A stretch of 64,000 nucleotides of DNA from positions 50,468,001 to 50,532,000 of the forward strand of contig CM060733.1 of the NCBI GenBank assembly GCA_030704615.1, written 5' to 3'. Both the position numbers and the translations under genes were made by a program. Below are positions 10,814 through 23,048 of the stretch, in pieces (within the stretch, counting starts at the first letter, position 1; each line of letters opens with the position of its first letter). Origin of the DNA: Takakia lepidozioides. Taxonomy: Eukaryota; Plantae; Bryophyta. The notes beneath the pieces were generated by a model. It had not been told where the DNA came from. It saw only the letters and a program-made list of their open reading frames with translations, and did no database searches.

Positions 10814-13800
10814 TTACTGTTTTCGAGTAGCAAACCTTTGTGAGTGATCACTTTGACGTTGAGAGTTTCGTGGTGGGCTGTGTGTACGAGCCCGAGGTCT
10901 GTCTCTGGTTGATGGAGATGGTTGATTACTACCTGGATAAGTGAGGCCTTCTGGAGGCTGATATCGAGGTAATCTTTCCGGTAGAGGAGATCCCCTTTGT
11001 TTCTTCGCTTCCATCTGAATTGTATAGTCTTCTCCCATGTCAAAAGAATTTTGTGAAGAACCAGTTGTATCAGAATCGTCATCGCCTCTTAGGTGTTTTA
11101 ATTTTCGAACTTTTTGTGGAATCATCTGGGGCATACAATGCTGTCCTACCATGTCTGGAAGTTTGCATTTTACAACCTGGTGCAACCGTTGAACAGCAAA
11201 ATTGGTGTAGACACTGAGCTCCTTGTCTGTCCAAATGAGTGGGGTACCAATTACTGGTGCCGCGTGCAAGTATTTCCATGCGATATGTCCCTTATAGAAA
11301 ATGTCATCAAGTCCGAATTTCTGTGTTGACAAATTGTTGCAGGCTGCTTGAAACCATGAACGAATTTGAGAATCCTTCTGTATCATAACTTTTGGGTCAT
11401 ATAGGTACATATGAGGTGGCACCGAAGGTAATACCCAATGATCTCCACTGGAGTAACTTTGAAAGCGTGCTTGCATCTTTTGTTGCTCAATGTGGTAACG
11501 TATCAGAAAACAAGCAGCGTAGTATAGCCCGCACCCCATGACAATACTTGCTATCTCCTTGGTCTTGGTATAAATGAGTCCATGTACAACCTGGAAAGCA
11601 ACCAATTCCCTCAACATTGTACCTGCCTCGTGCCAGTATTGTGCAAAGTGATGATCTTCAATATGTCGATTGTTTGGAAGAACTTTAGTCCTGGTTGCCA
11701 CTGGCAGCCAAATACGCATGATTTGGTAGTAATGTGCGAATGACTGCGGAGGACTAAATTCTTTCCAAGCCAAATCCAACATGAATGGAATTTGGTTGAA
11801 GGGCATAATCATAGCCCTACTGTACTCCCTGGCAGCTGGAGTTTTAGGTGGGTTAAAAGCTGCATTGCCCCATACCTCCGGCTGTGGTGGCTGTGGTGTG
11901 GTTGTAGTAACCACAGGTTCAGTTACTGGTACACTGACCTGTTGTGGTGGTGGTGGTAGTGGTTCCTGTACCATTGGCATCTCTTGCACCTCCTGTGAAG
12001 ACTGAAAAGCCAGAGTTCTGGCTTTCAAATAAGAAGCCATTAGCTGTTCCCGAGGGATATAGACTCTTTGGTCGATGTTTGAAGTGAGGTCTTCCACTTG
12101 AGTCTGGAGTCCGTCTACATCCTCTTGTAACTCTGCTATCCTACTATAGACATTGTCTATAGTAGTTGTGGCAATGTTTGCACCTGCAGTCTAAGCTCAT
12201 TCATCTCGCTTTGGGTGAGCTTCCGTGGGGCTTTGCCTTCTACTGGCCCTTGTGCTAGCCAGACCTGCATAAGGCTGTTATCCACCAAGCTGCTTGTGGT
12301 TCCCCTGAGAGTTTGCTCCTCTCTTAGCTTATACAATTCCAACTGCTGTTGTAAATCCTTCATGCGCTTCGCCTGTGGCTCAACCAATTGCGCATAGGCA
12401 ACAAGTAGATTATTGGCTTCTTTCGAAGCCTTGTTACTGATTGAGATTTCATTTCTATTGGCCACGATGTTTTGTTGCAACTCCACGATGTATTTCTCAT
12501 TCTCAGCTTCCATCTGCCTGTATTGCTTGAGAGTATCTTCATTGCGACAGATTGTATTCTTCATATCGACAATGAGCTTCATGTGCTCCGCATTCTCTTC
12601 TTCTGCCTTCGTACATTTTTCCGCTTGACTGTTTATTTCTTTTGTTGATTGGTCAAGCATAGTTGTAATTGTAGCGCATTGTATTGCCATCCTGTTATGC
12701 ACTGTTTGCAACTCCGTATGTAGTGCATTCAGTTCTTGCAACTTGCTTTCATGCTGCACCTGCATTTGGTATAGCTGTTGCTTATGTGCTTCGTGCAACT
12801 GGTCTTGCGCGAGGCCTGCCTCAATCAATTGTTGCTTGGCTAATTGCAAAGCCATTTCTGTATTGGCCAAGTCCTGCTTCATCTTGAGAGTGACCTCTTC
12901 ATCGACCTTGTTTGCACACTCAGTGGCAAGTCGAGCCTCAAACTCCTTCCTGAGTTCTTCTTTCAAGGCTGTCAATTGGGTAATTGGAACATGGGTTTTG
13001 ACATAAGTCCCCAACAAATTAAGTGTCCTGCCTATGGAACTCATCAGCATTTCCTGTTGAGGGTCATCATGGTGAGGTTGCTGCTGTTCCTCCCGATCTT
13101 CAACAGTATGATGTCTCACTAACCATTGAGACCATTGTCCCACCGGATTTTCTTCCTGAACTACTTCATTCATGACCGGTGCTACAGTGTCATGGCCTTC
13201 TGCCTGTGGTACCTCCAACACAGGTGTGTGCATTATATGCACCTCAGGATTTCCTTTGGGCAACTGTTGCACCTCTGGGATTTCTGTCTCCTTTACCAGA
13301 CCAGAATATTCATAGAGAAGGTCCCCTTTCTCTATTTCTGCCACTATCTGCTCTGTAGTTGGAATCTCTATCCCTTCACTTTCCAAATCAATTATTTCGG
13401 TTTGAGCTGCATGGATAACTTGTGACCTTGTGACAAGTTGTTCAAGTGGCTGTGTTGGTTGTGATGCAGAAGTAACTTCTTCCTCCCTCTCTGAAGGTCC
13501 TGCTTCCAGTAATAACATTCTTTTGTGCTGCTGTGCCCTTCCTGGTTATGAGCTTGGGAAACATTATCATGCAGAATCCGTGAAGCCAGTGGATCCGCCA
13601 CTACAGTCTTTCCCCTTCTCTGCCTCTTAGTCTCTGGTTGTGCTGCTAGTCCACCCTCACTGTGTGAAGAGCCTTGCTCTTCCATTGCAGTTGTTTCTGG
13701 CTCAAACACTCCCATTTCCTTCCTTTCTTGTGCATTAAGTATGCCCGAACTAAGGATTATTTGAGCAATGATTGGGCCAGACACTATGATAGGAGATTTT

Positions 13801-14359
13801 GCGGTAGTACTTTGTAATCTTTTCATCTCCTCTACCAGTGCGTTGTACATTATGTCCGCCCATAGTACCTCTTGTCCCTTCAAGCCTTTGAGGATTTCCT
13901 CTGTGAAGGATTTGCTCAAATATTGTTGGTTCTGTTCAGGGCAATCAGAACGTTCAATACTTGGCTTATGTCTTTTAACCCTGGGTACACAGCTTTGGTA
14001 CAAGCATAACCCTGAGTTTTAAAGAAACTCCCTTCTTGGAATAAATCCCCTATTTGCAGTCTTTCCCTGTGTTCTTCCACATACACATGACCTGCTGGCA
14101 ATTGAAACAATTGCTGGAGGTATAGGGGAGTAATCATTAATTCAACTCCCTTCACCGTTGTTGTTCCTGTCTTTGGCTCAAAGTTCTGCAAAAATTGTAA
14201 CATGTACTGTCTATGGTGTAGTGTCCAATCCTTGCTTTGCAATCCTTCCAATCTCAGCTCCTTCAGTATCTTTGTCGCCTGTGGGGTAGCCATCGTTTGT
14301 TTCTGCAGAATGGTGGTGCTCTTCACCCTGATTTCCTCCATTCCTCTCACTCTCTTCAT
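10814..14359 (-). pseudogene. Long extra ORF downstream of pol (Athila/env-position type N-terminal domain + coiled coil + aromatic C-terminal domain), split by frameshifts
   Basis: ORFs 13916-14653, 13392-14003, 12157-13518 and 10814-12097 join by frameshifts. LQFLQNF..TVKGVELMITP..LQQLFQLP and EVLWADIMY resemble plant retroelement extra-ORF domains. The centre is heptad-rich in Q/E/K. Confidence 0.65.
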
Positions 14360-15026
14360 CTTAGACTCACCGAACTGCTTTGGCTGTAACAACTGCAGGA
14401 GTGCCTGTAGTGCACAAAGCAGAAACGTATGGTTGCCGCAGAAAGCTATGGGTAACCTCTTGTAAGCCTGCGGGGCTTGCAAGCATTGTTCAAGAGAAAA
14501 GCTCTGCTCTTTCGTTTCGTGTCTCTGCCACTGCGTAAGTAATATTGCGAGCGTAATGTCTGTTAGTTCCTCCATAGTTTCCAAGTTATAGCATTTATGG
14601 CCTGTCCTGTCGAGACGCCCGTTACTCTGAACGACGCCGCCTCTTGCGCTCAATTTCCCTCCATTTTCTTGATCATTTTTCTGGTTTTCTATTGGCTGTG
14701 GCCGCTGTGACTGGATTTTAACTTTTATCTTCTTTAGTGGACTTCCCTGTTGGATAGTCCACTAGGATCACACATGCGACATGAATTCGGCTTTTCTGTA
14801 CTTGCCGTTCGTTCTGTTTCCCTTTTTCCGTAATCATTAATGGGTCCGCCTTTCATCCCTTTTGACGGCCGTTCTTGTCCTCTTTCTTTTTGACATCTGT
14901 CCTTGCACTTCATTCTCTGCTGTGTGTCGCACCCTGACCTCCACGTGTCTATTTTTAAATTAATTTCCGTTTCTTCTTCCTTCAGCCATTTTACTGAAGT
15001 TTTTATGTGTCCACTTGTCACTGATT

Positions 15027-18000
15027 CTATGGATCGTGTAACTTTAGTAGGCTGTCTTGAGCTGTGATAGGCTGTGTTGCACTGTGGTAAGCTGTGATAG
15101 GCTGTGACACGCTGCGGTAGGTTGTGATAGGCTGTGTCACGCCTTGCTGGGTTGTGGTTGGCTGTGTCACGTCGTGACGGGCTGTGATAGCTGTGTCACG
15201 TCGTGACGGGCTGTGGTAAGCTGTGTTGCGCCTTGCTGGGCTGTGGTTGGTTGTGTCACTTCGTGATGGGCTGTGATAGGCTGTGTCACGCCGTGATGGG
15301 CTGTGATAGGCTGTGGTGCGCCTTGCTGGGCTGTGGTTGGCTGTGTCACGTCGTGATGGGCTGTGATAGGCTGTGTCACGCCGTGATGGGCTGTGATAGG
15401 CTGTGTCACGTTTGTTTTGCCCACCCCGGTCATATATACTGGGCCTAGCGACAAGTGTTCCATACTCCGTTCGTAACACTGGTGCAGCCCGTGACTGCTC
15501 TTGCGGTTCAACATGCAAATCATGTTGCAGGGGTTTGTCATGGATACCACTGTACCCCTTCAACTTATTTGCATTGACTCTTCCCAGCATTTCCTTGTTA
15601 ATGGTTTGTAACATGGCTGTGTTGTTATCATACATCTTTTGTATGACATAAGGTCCTTTCCATGGTGATTTAAGCTTAGAAGCTTGAATCTTTCCTTTCT
15701 TCTGCAACCATAAAACCAAATCCCCGTCTAAAAGTCTTTAATTTGCCTTTATCAAACTGTTCTTTCGCTTCATCTGAATTCTGGTCATATTATCAGCTGC
15801 ATCAGCACGTACTTCTTCCACATGGTATAATTCATGTTTCCTGACCTTGATGGAGTCTTGCAATTCCATTCTTTTTCCCCACTCTGTTCTCATGGTAGGT
15901 AACAGGAATTCCACTGGAAGTAAGGCTTCCATACCATAAACTAATTGGAATGGTGTATACTTAGTGGTGACTTTATATGAAGTCCTGTATGACCACAAAG
16001 CTGTCAGCAGCTTTGTATCCCAATCCGTTCTGTTTGCATTGACTATCTTAGCCAAGATAGTACATAGTATTTTGTTGGTAGCCTCTGCCTGTCCATTACC
16101 TGTGGGTAATATGTTGTACTCTTTCTATGCACAATCATAAACTCTTTAGTCAATAACTCAATGGTCTCATTCATGAAGTGACTTCCTTGATCACTGATAA
16201 ATTCTAAGGGACATCCAAATCGTGTAAGTATGTTCTCGTACAGGAACCTTGCTGTGGACTTGGCTGTGTTGTCCCTCAAAGCTTTAGCTTCCACCCACTT
16301 TGTAGTATAATCAGTGGCTGTAATTATGTACCTGTTTCGTGTATTCTTGGATGGTGGATTAATTGGTCCAACAAAGTCTAGTCCCCATTTCTGAAATGGT
16401 TCCGTAGGCATTGTAGGATGCAAGGCCATTCTTCCAGATCTCTGCAAAGGTCCTAGCCTCTGACATTCATCACACTTCTGACAATACTCATGTACATCTT
16501 TGAACAACGTAGGCCACCAGTATCCTGCGAGTAGTATCTTTCTACTGGTAGTCTCTTCTCCAAAATGACCTCCAGCCACTCCTTTATGAACTTCCTCCAA
16601 GACTTTATTTACTTCATGGTGGTACAAGCATCGTTTTAGTACTCCATCAGGTCCTAACTTATACATTCTGCTTCCTACCATAGTATAAGGTAAAGCTCTG
16701 ATAGCAATTCTTTTCCTTTGCTCCTTACCATAACTAGGTGGGCACTGACCATGAGCAAGGTAGTATCTGATTGGCCATTGCCAATCTAACCATTCATCTG
16801 CACTTCCTTGCACCTCCATTACAAATAAACTCGCATCAGGTAACTGATCGTCCACTCCTGTGGCGGCCTCTCCTGTTGTTAGTCGTGACAAATGATCTGC
16901 CACAAGATGCAAACGGCCAGGCTTGTAAATAACCTCGAACTCAAACTCATGCAAGATTATTAACCACCTCGCTATCCTTCCACTTATCAAAGGTTTGTTC
17001 ACCAGATATATCAGAGCCTGTGATCCACATAAAAACATAAACTTTCTTCCCAATAGGTAATGCCTGAATTTCTTCACTGCATAGATCATGCCAATGCTTC
17101 TCTTTCCGTTGTGCTATAGTTCCTCTCAGCACTGTTCATCAACGGCTAGCATAGTACACAGGTGAATCTATATTCCCTGTAACATCTGGGCTAACACCGC
17201 TCCCAATGCTTCTCCTGATGCATCGCAGTGAACATGAAATACTACATGCCAGTGAGGGTAATCAGCACAGGTGTAGTTGTTACTGACAGTGTAAGTTCCT
17301 CAACGCCTGTTGACATTCAGCTGTCCATGCAAACACTGCATCTTTCTTCAGAAGCTTGCTCAATGGTGCTGCTATTTGTGCATACCTTTTGACAAATCTT
17401 CTGTAATAACTGGTTTGCCAAGGAATCTCCTTAAACTCTTAACATTCACTGGTGGTGGAGAGACTTTAATGGACTCTGTCTTCCTGGGATCCACAAGAAG
17501 TCCCTTCTTACACACTATGTGTCCCAGAAGCACCCCTGAGTTCACACAGAAAGTACACTTCTCTGGATTCAAGCCCAGACCTCTCATCCTGCATCTGGCA
17601 GGCATAACTCCAATTTATGCAAGTGCTCATTCTTAGAGCTGTACACACTGAAATCATCCCAAAACACCTGCATGAAATCATCCAGATACTCTTGAAAAGA
17701 TTCACTTATCACTCTCTGAAAGGTCGCTGGTGCATTACAAAGTCCAAAGGGCATGACTTTGTATGCATAAGCCCCCCAGTCTGTGATGAAAGCTTTTTTC
17801 CCTGGTCTTCTTCTGCCACTTGCACTTGATTATAACCACTGAAGCCATCCATGAATGAGTACATCTCATGGCCTGCTACAGTGTCTAATACTGCTTCTGT
17901 GAATGGCAAAGGGAAAGGATCTTTCTTCGTACAAGCATTCAGCTTCTTATAGTTCACACATACTCTTAGTTTGCCTTCTTCTTGGGAACTATAAACAATG

Positions 18001-18323
18001 GGTGACAACAAAGTTGTTACTCTATTGGGTATATAAACTTAGCCTCAGCCAACTTCTTTATCTCTTCTCCAACCTTCTGTGCGTAGTTGGGATTCATTCT
18101 ATACCTCGCCTGCTTGATTGGCACTGACCCTGGTTCAGTTCAATTTTATGCTGACAGACTTCAGGTGGTATCCCTTTTAGATCCTCATAGCTCCAAGCAA
18201 ATACATCTTGTATTTGAGAACAAGCTTTTAGCTTCTTCGAAGCGAATTCCGGTCCAAATCAGCTCCTACTTTCACAGATTGCCAGTTCTTCTCCGGAGTT
18301 CACACATTTACTATCCCTGCTCA
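15027..18323 (-). pseudogene. Gypsy pol (RT, RNase H, integrase with GPY/F), frameshifted
   Basis: RT: KLRVCVNYKKLN..KDPFPLP..MYSFMDGFSGYNQV. RH: AVKKFRHYLLG..RIARW..VADHLSR. INT: H..GGH..C..C, WGLDFVGP, SDQGSHF, WKGPY. Confidence 0.92.
15055..15410. repeat. 30-bp minisatellite (with 90-bp higher-order pattern) at the integrase 3' end
   Basis: Unit ctgtgataggctgtgtcacgccgtgatggg; translates in the integrase frame as (RDTAYHSPSR)n. Confidence 0.9.
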
Positions 18324-18823
18324 NNNNNNNNNNNNNNNNNNNNNNNNNNNNNNNNNNNNNNNNNNNNNNNNNNNNNNNNNNNNNNNNNNNNNNNNNNNNN
18401 NNNNNNNNNNNNNNNNNNNNNNNNNNNNNNNNNNNNNNNNNNNNNNNNNNNNNNNNNNNNNNNNNNNNNNNNNNNNNNNNNNNNNNNNNNNNNNNNNNNN
18501 NNNNNNNNNNNNNNNNNNNNNNNNNNNNNNNNNNNNNNNNNNNNNNNNNNNNNNNNNNNNNNNNNNNNNNNNNNNNNNNNNNNNNNNNNNNNNNNNNNNN
18601 NNNNNNNNNNNNNNNNNNNNNNNNNNNNNNNNNNNNNNNNNNNNNNNNNNNNNNNNNNNNNNNNNNNNNNNNNNNNNNNNNNNNNNNNNNNNNNNNNNNN
18701 NNNNNNNNNNNNNNNNNNNNNNNNNNNNNNNNNNNNNNNNNNNNNNNNNNNNNNNNNNNNNNNNNNNNNNNNNNNNNNNNNNNNNNNNNNNNNNNNNNNN
18801 NNNNNNNNNNNNNNNNNNNNNNN
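18324..18823. other. Assembly gap (500 N)
   Basis: Run of exactly 500 N, probably a placeholder size. Confidence 1.
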
Positions 18824-19111
18824 CACTCCACAAATCAATGGAAGTAAAATGATACAAATCTGTTCCTCAGCATGGCACGATTATGCCATCATCTACCTAT
18901 TTTGTCCTACATTGGGAGCGTGTGGGCTAAGATATTGATATCCTCTTCAAAGATTGGCCCTCCATGAGTAAAAGAGCCCAACATTATGAATCTGTATACA
19001 ACCATAGCCCCAGTATGCAGGCCAGAGAAAGTAGGGAGATTCTCATGAGACCAGTGCCTCTTGCTTTCTTTCCTGGTTCTCGGAGAGAATGCTCAATGAG
19101 TACATCTTTCT

Positions 19112-22100
19112 TCAGTTTGCAATGTCTTTCAGAAGTTTACTGAGGGCCTCAGAGGGGTAAGGAATATGGAGACAGTCCTGGCCATCGGCGCCTCGACGAC
19201 ATCGGAGCAGGTCATGGTCTTTGAATTCAGTCAAGTGAGTGCGTAGAGTCACCTCACTGCTCACCAAAAACTGTTCCCTGCATGCCGTGTACAAGCGGTG
19301 CAATGGCAGCCCTGCATCCGCCATCACCAATACAATGTTTGACATCCTTTGCAATCTATCCAGTGATTCTCATATTCACCTTTCCCATCCTGAAAGTTGA
19401 CTCAATTGCGAGGGTTTCAATTCTGAATTAATTTTCCAGTCACATTCCTCCATTCTCACATTCCTACAGAGCAGGGGTATGTCTTTCTGGTGTCCACCTG
19501 GATACTAGCAGGACATAGAATCTGACGCCCTTTGCAAGCAAAACTCAGACAGTGTATTGTCTTCCGGAAATCAGAATCAGCCATAGAAAGGGCAGTACCT
19601 TGTTCATCAGGGTGGGCAAGCTGGAAATCTGCCAGAGTTCGGAAAACACCCTGTGCATTGGGTGTGAGACTGCGCAACACAACCGCAGCACTGCGAGCAC
19701 TCTTCACAGTTCCAGTGGCAGCCAAGATCAAAGGGATGTAGGTCCCCTCCACAGTGTAGGCTTCATAAGTGGGAGTGTGTAGCCACCACCAATTGAACTG
19801 GATGCGTGCCATCTTCTTGTCCCATACTGGAGACACCCAACCAAAAAATGCCCATCTTGATTAGCAGACAGCTCTCAAGTCCATATGTTTGAGTCACTTA
19901 AGTTGTCATTCTCGGCAAGTTTCTTTCTCTTGCTGTAATCGTCCCAATGACATTCCTGTGGACATTGCAAAGTTCTCTACATTCTTTGTCTCCCTCATCG
20001 AAGTCAAACCTCACATTCACCCAACTGAGTCTACACTATGGACATTCCTCATAGAAGCGGGACCAGGCAACCACAGAAACTACAAGACACAGCTGCACTG
20101 CTCGAATCAACCTCACACGTTTTTTAAAATTAATGTCCATGCCAGATCTCAATACACATCCACCAGGTGGGTTAGCCCCACAGTAGGCCCCAAAGGTTTG
20201 CATCCCACAGAGGATGTTCTCGATGACAAATTAACCATGTTGACATGGACTGGTCAACGAAGCATTGTTCAGCAGGGACAGCAATGAGTGCAGCTCTCTT
20301 TTTGGGAATTGGTAACAAGTACTTACACAATGGAGCATTCACATTGTCAATTGAAGCCACAAACCGCACATGTGGAGATGCTGCCACATTAGCAAGTGTA
20401 CACTGAATGTGATAATCCCTAACACCAGGTCCATCAATACTGTGTACTATGACATAAACATGTGCCGATTCTTCATTGCCTGTGAGAAATGCCAGGAGGT
20501 CCTCCAAGCTGTTAGAGCTTAGTGGAGGCAAGCTCCCATAAGCTTTGTGGGGCCTGGTAGATGCACTGCTCTTCTTTTTCCTTGATTCCCAGAGAATATG
20601 TGCCACTGTGTACACCACCTGCTCCAGTACATTATAGCTGTCAGCTGGATTCAGCAACCCCAAGCAGTAATACAACTCCCCCAAGAATCATAGGAATGCT
20701 CTCAGGAACCTAAGACTCAATAAACACATCTCCAGATAAAAGATTCGGAATTCTGCCCATGTTAAATGGCAACACTTCTAACAAACTAAAATAAAAACTC
20801 AGATTACTCACATGCTTGATATTAACTGCAGGGAGGTAGCCATTCACGACAACCGCTGCACCATCCACCAACGATGATTTTGCAAAGGCTTCTAAGAGCG
20901 ATTTCTTGGATCCGAATCCATACATCAGAAGCCCAAACCCACATCTGCACAGGTACTTCCGTGCCCATAATGATGATGTCATTACACTTTAGAGTATATA
21001 CTTGTGGTACCTTTAAGATATCCAGTCTCTTAGGGACTTCCATAACAACCTGACCATTAGTGGAGAGAGAGAATGTACTCATGAGACATTGTTTGCCATA
21101 GCCTTGCAGCCATAGACCTGCACCCAGTTTGGGTGAAACAAAAGGGAAACAGATACTACCTTTGTGAGGGGCTCACTTCGTTGATCTTACCATGAAAAAG
21201 ACACTTAGTTCAGGTTTTCCAGATCTCCTCCAGAAAGCCCTTCACACAAGCATCAACCTGCTGTGCGTGGGCTGTTAGACCCCAACAGGGCCAGGGCTTT
21301 AGGCTCAGCCTCAAGATTTTCAAAGTTGGTGAACAGCGGTGTGGGAACAATGTTCTTCATGTGCCTGACGAGGGTCACCCGTGTCAGCAACATTCTATAA
21401 CTGGCTTTAGCCTTAAGACCATGTAATAAAACAGGTTTTACCCTCCCTTGCTGAATCACCAAATTAAATGCAGCCAGATGGCCATGGCTTGCTCCCAGGA
21501 AGCAGTGACACAGCTGCAAGATAAAGCTGGAGTCAACTGCAATTATGTACTATTATACAAATTTGAGGTAGAAAGATGGAGACTGGAGGCAAATGTAAGG
21601 GAGCCGCTTTCAATCTATAGACAGTCAGTCCAAAGTTTGGGGCAGAGCTTACCTCAATTGGAAGTGCCATTTCTGATAGTAAGTGCAGTAACTCTCCATG
21701 AGAGCTACTTGCTCTCTTTCATGCTTTGGGCTTAGCTTTGCCAAAGCTTTGCGTAACTCCTGAAACAATCACAGTGGTAATAGCATTGAGACACTTTTCC
21801 TGACAACCTTGCTATTTTCACTTTCAGAAACTGCAATTGTAGAGGGCTTCATAACATTCTCAAGAAGCCCAACTCTAGAGAGAGAAAGACAACAGGAACT
21901 TCTATTGAGTCCAAATGGAGAGATCTTAAAGTGCAAACTCATAAACAGAAAACAACTGTGGGAGCTTGACCGTCGAAAAGCAAGACGGAAAGAACTCGAC
22001 AGGGTTGACCCATCATAGCGTCCCATATCAAAATCTTGCAGGGGAAAAAAGAAAGGTCGTAAAAGGCTAGAAGTTCAGCTTACTAAACATGAATCAGGCA

Positions 22101-22366
22101 GCCCAGTTTGCACTAGAAAATTGCCTAAGGAAAGGGCACGTCCAATACCATCGTGGCAGTGAAAGGGATAGTACCTGCTCCTCAACAATGCCAATGTCGG
22201 TTATTTTGTTGATCGTATGTTTGCCTACACCAGCCCCTTGTCGCACTCTGTAGTAGCTGTGTGATGGACCAACATGTTTCTCTTCCAGCTCCTCTTCGTG
22301 AGATGGAGCAACTACCACCATTGAATCACCCAACTTTCTTCTCCTTCCACACCTTCTATCTTCCAT
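19112..22366 (-). CDS. ORC2: Origin recognition complex subunit 2; 6 exons (22366-22175, 21759-21653, 20944-20812, 20618-20327, 19826-19599, 19311-19112), ~383 aa
   Basis: [73 protein letters not shown]. All introns are GT-AG and phases are consistent. Confidence 0.95.
21072..21400 (-). mobile_element. Older 3' fragment of the same LINE family in ORC2 intron 2
   Basis: Encodes [23 protein letters not shown] (cf. IVPVPLFTNFESLEAEPKAQALL) and ends ATGAGTACAT followed by TCTCTCTC. Confidence 0.8.
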
Positions 22367-22588
22367 TGAGAGCTCTAATAAACCCTACCACCAAGCTTTA
22401 AACAGACGCCCTACACCATGACCGACTGCGGCAAAGATTGTTAATCCTCCATAGTTTCGGATCCTGATCCTTACAGCACTACAACTCCACAGAGGCAGAC
22501 GAATGTTGTGAAAGCAGCGATCCATGTAGTTATTGCGTCTGGAATAACAACAACCACGTGTGAGGGTGGAGTAGTTGCTTAGCACAGG

Positions 22589-22618
22589 TTTGGCGCCAAG
22601 TTTCTCGAATTTTCCCGC
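22589..22618. promoter_or_regulatory. Two E2F sites in the ORC2 / WD40 bidirectional promoter
   Basis: TTTGGCGC at 22589 and TTTCCCGC at 22611 both match TTTSSCGC, about 220-250 bp upstream of the ORC2 ATG. Confidence 0.75.
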
Positions 22619-23048
22619 CCTTCTCACATCCTCCCATGTTCGAATTGCAGCACTCTGGGTGTGTCGGTGCAGCATTCCTGCATGAATTTGTTCAGAAGAA
22701 TGGTTTGTAGTGTTGTTCTGATCTTTTGTTCTTTGGTTTCAACCTCATGGGCTTCGTAGCTCTCCGTGGACGGTGTGAAGTGTTTCGCTGTCGAACACAC
22801 TGACCGAGTGATGATATTTTTAGTGCTTGGAGGCAAGGGTTCATTGATCTGAGTTTATCGATGGGTTCCAGTCTGTTTGTTTAAACGTTTTAGCTGAATA
22901 TCACTGCACACAAACGATGATATTCGAGCAGGCTGCTCAAGCAGTTCTTCGAACTTGGCCCTATATATAAATAGGGAACGAGCCCCGCAGATGTGTAACA
23001 GGAAGTTCCATTGAAGTGTAGAGTTCACAGACCGAGGAATCGGCTGTC

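Larger units (their letters stand above)
9861..18323 (-). mobile_element. Ty3/Gypsy LTR retrotransposon, non-chromovirus (Athila/Tat-related), 5' part lost in the gap
   Basis: RT-RH-INT order, extra ORF downstream of pol, PPT and 3' LTR. No chromodomain or additional archaeal-type RNase H seen. Confidence 0.9.

Noticed and set aside
10487-10843. (GCV)n metallothionein-like or (HSP)n proteins
   Set aside because: These are translations of the 9-bp LTR minisatellite.
18087-18938. ORFs spanning the N run
   Set aside because: Artefacts of the assembly gap.
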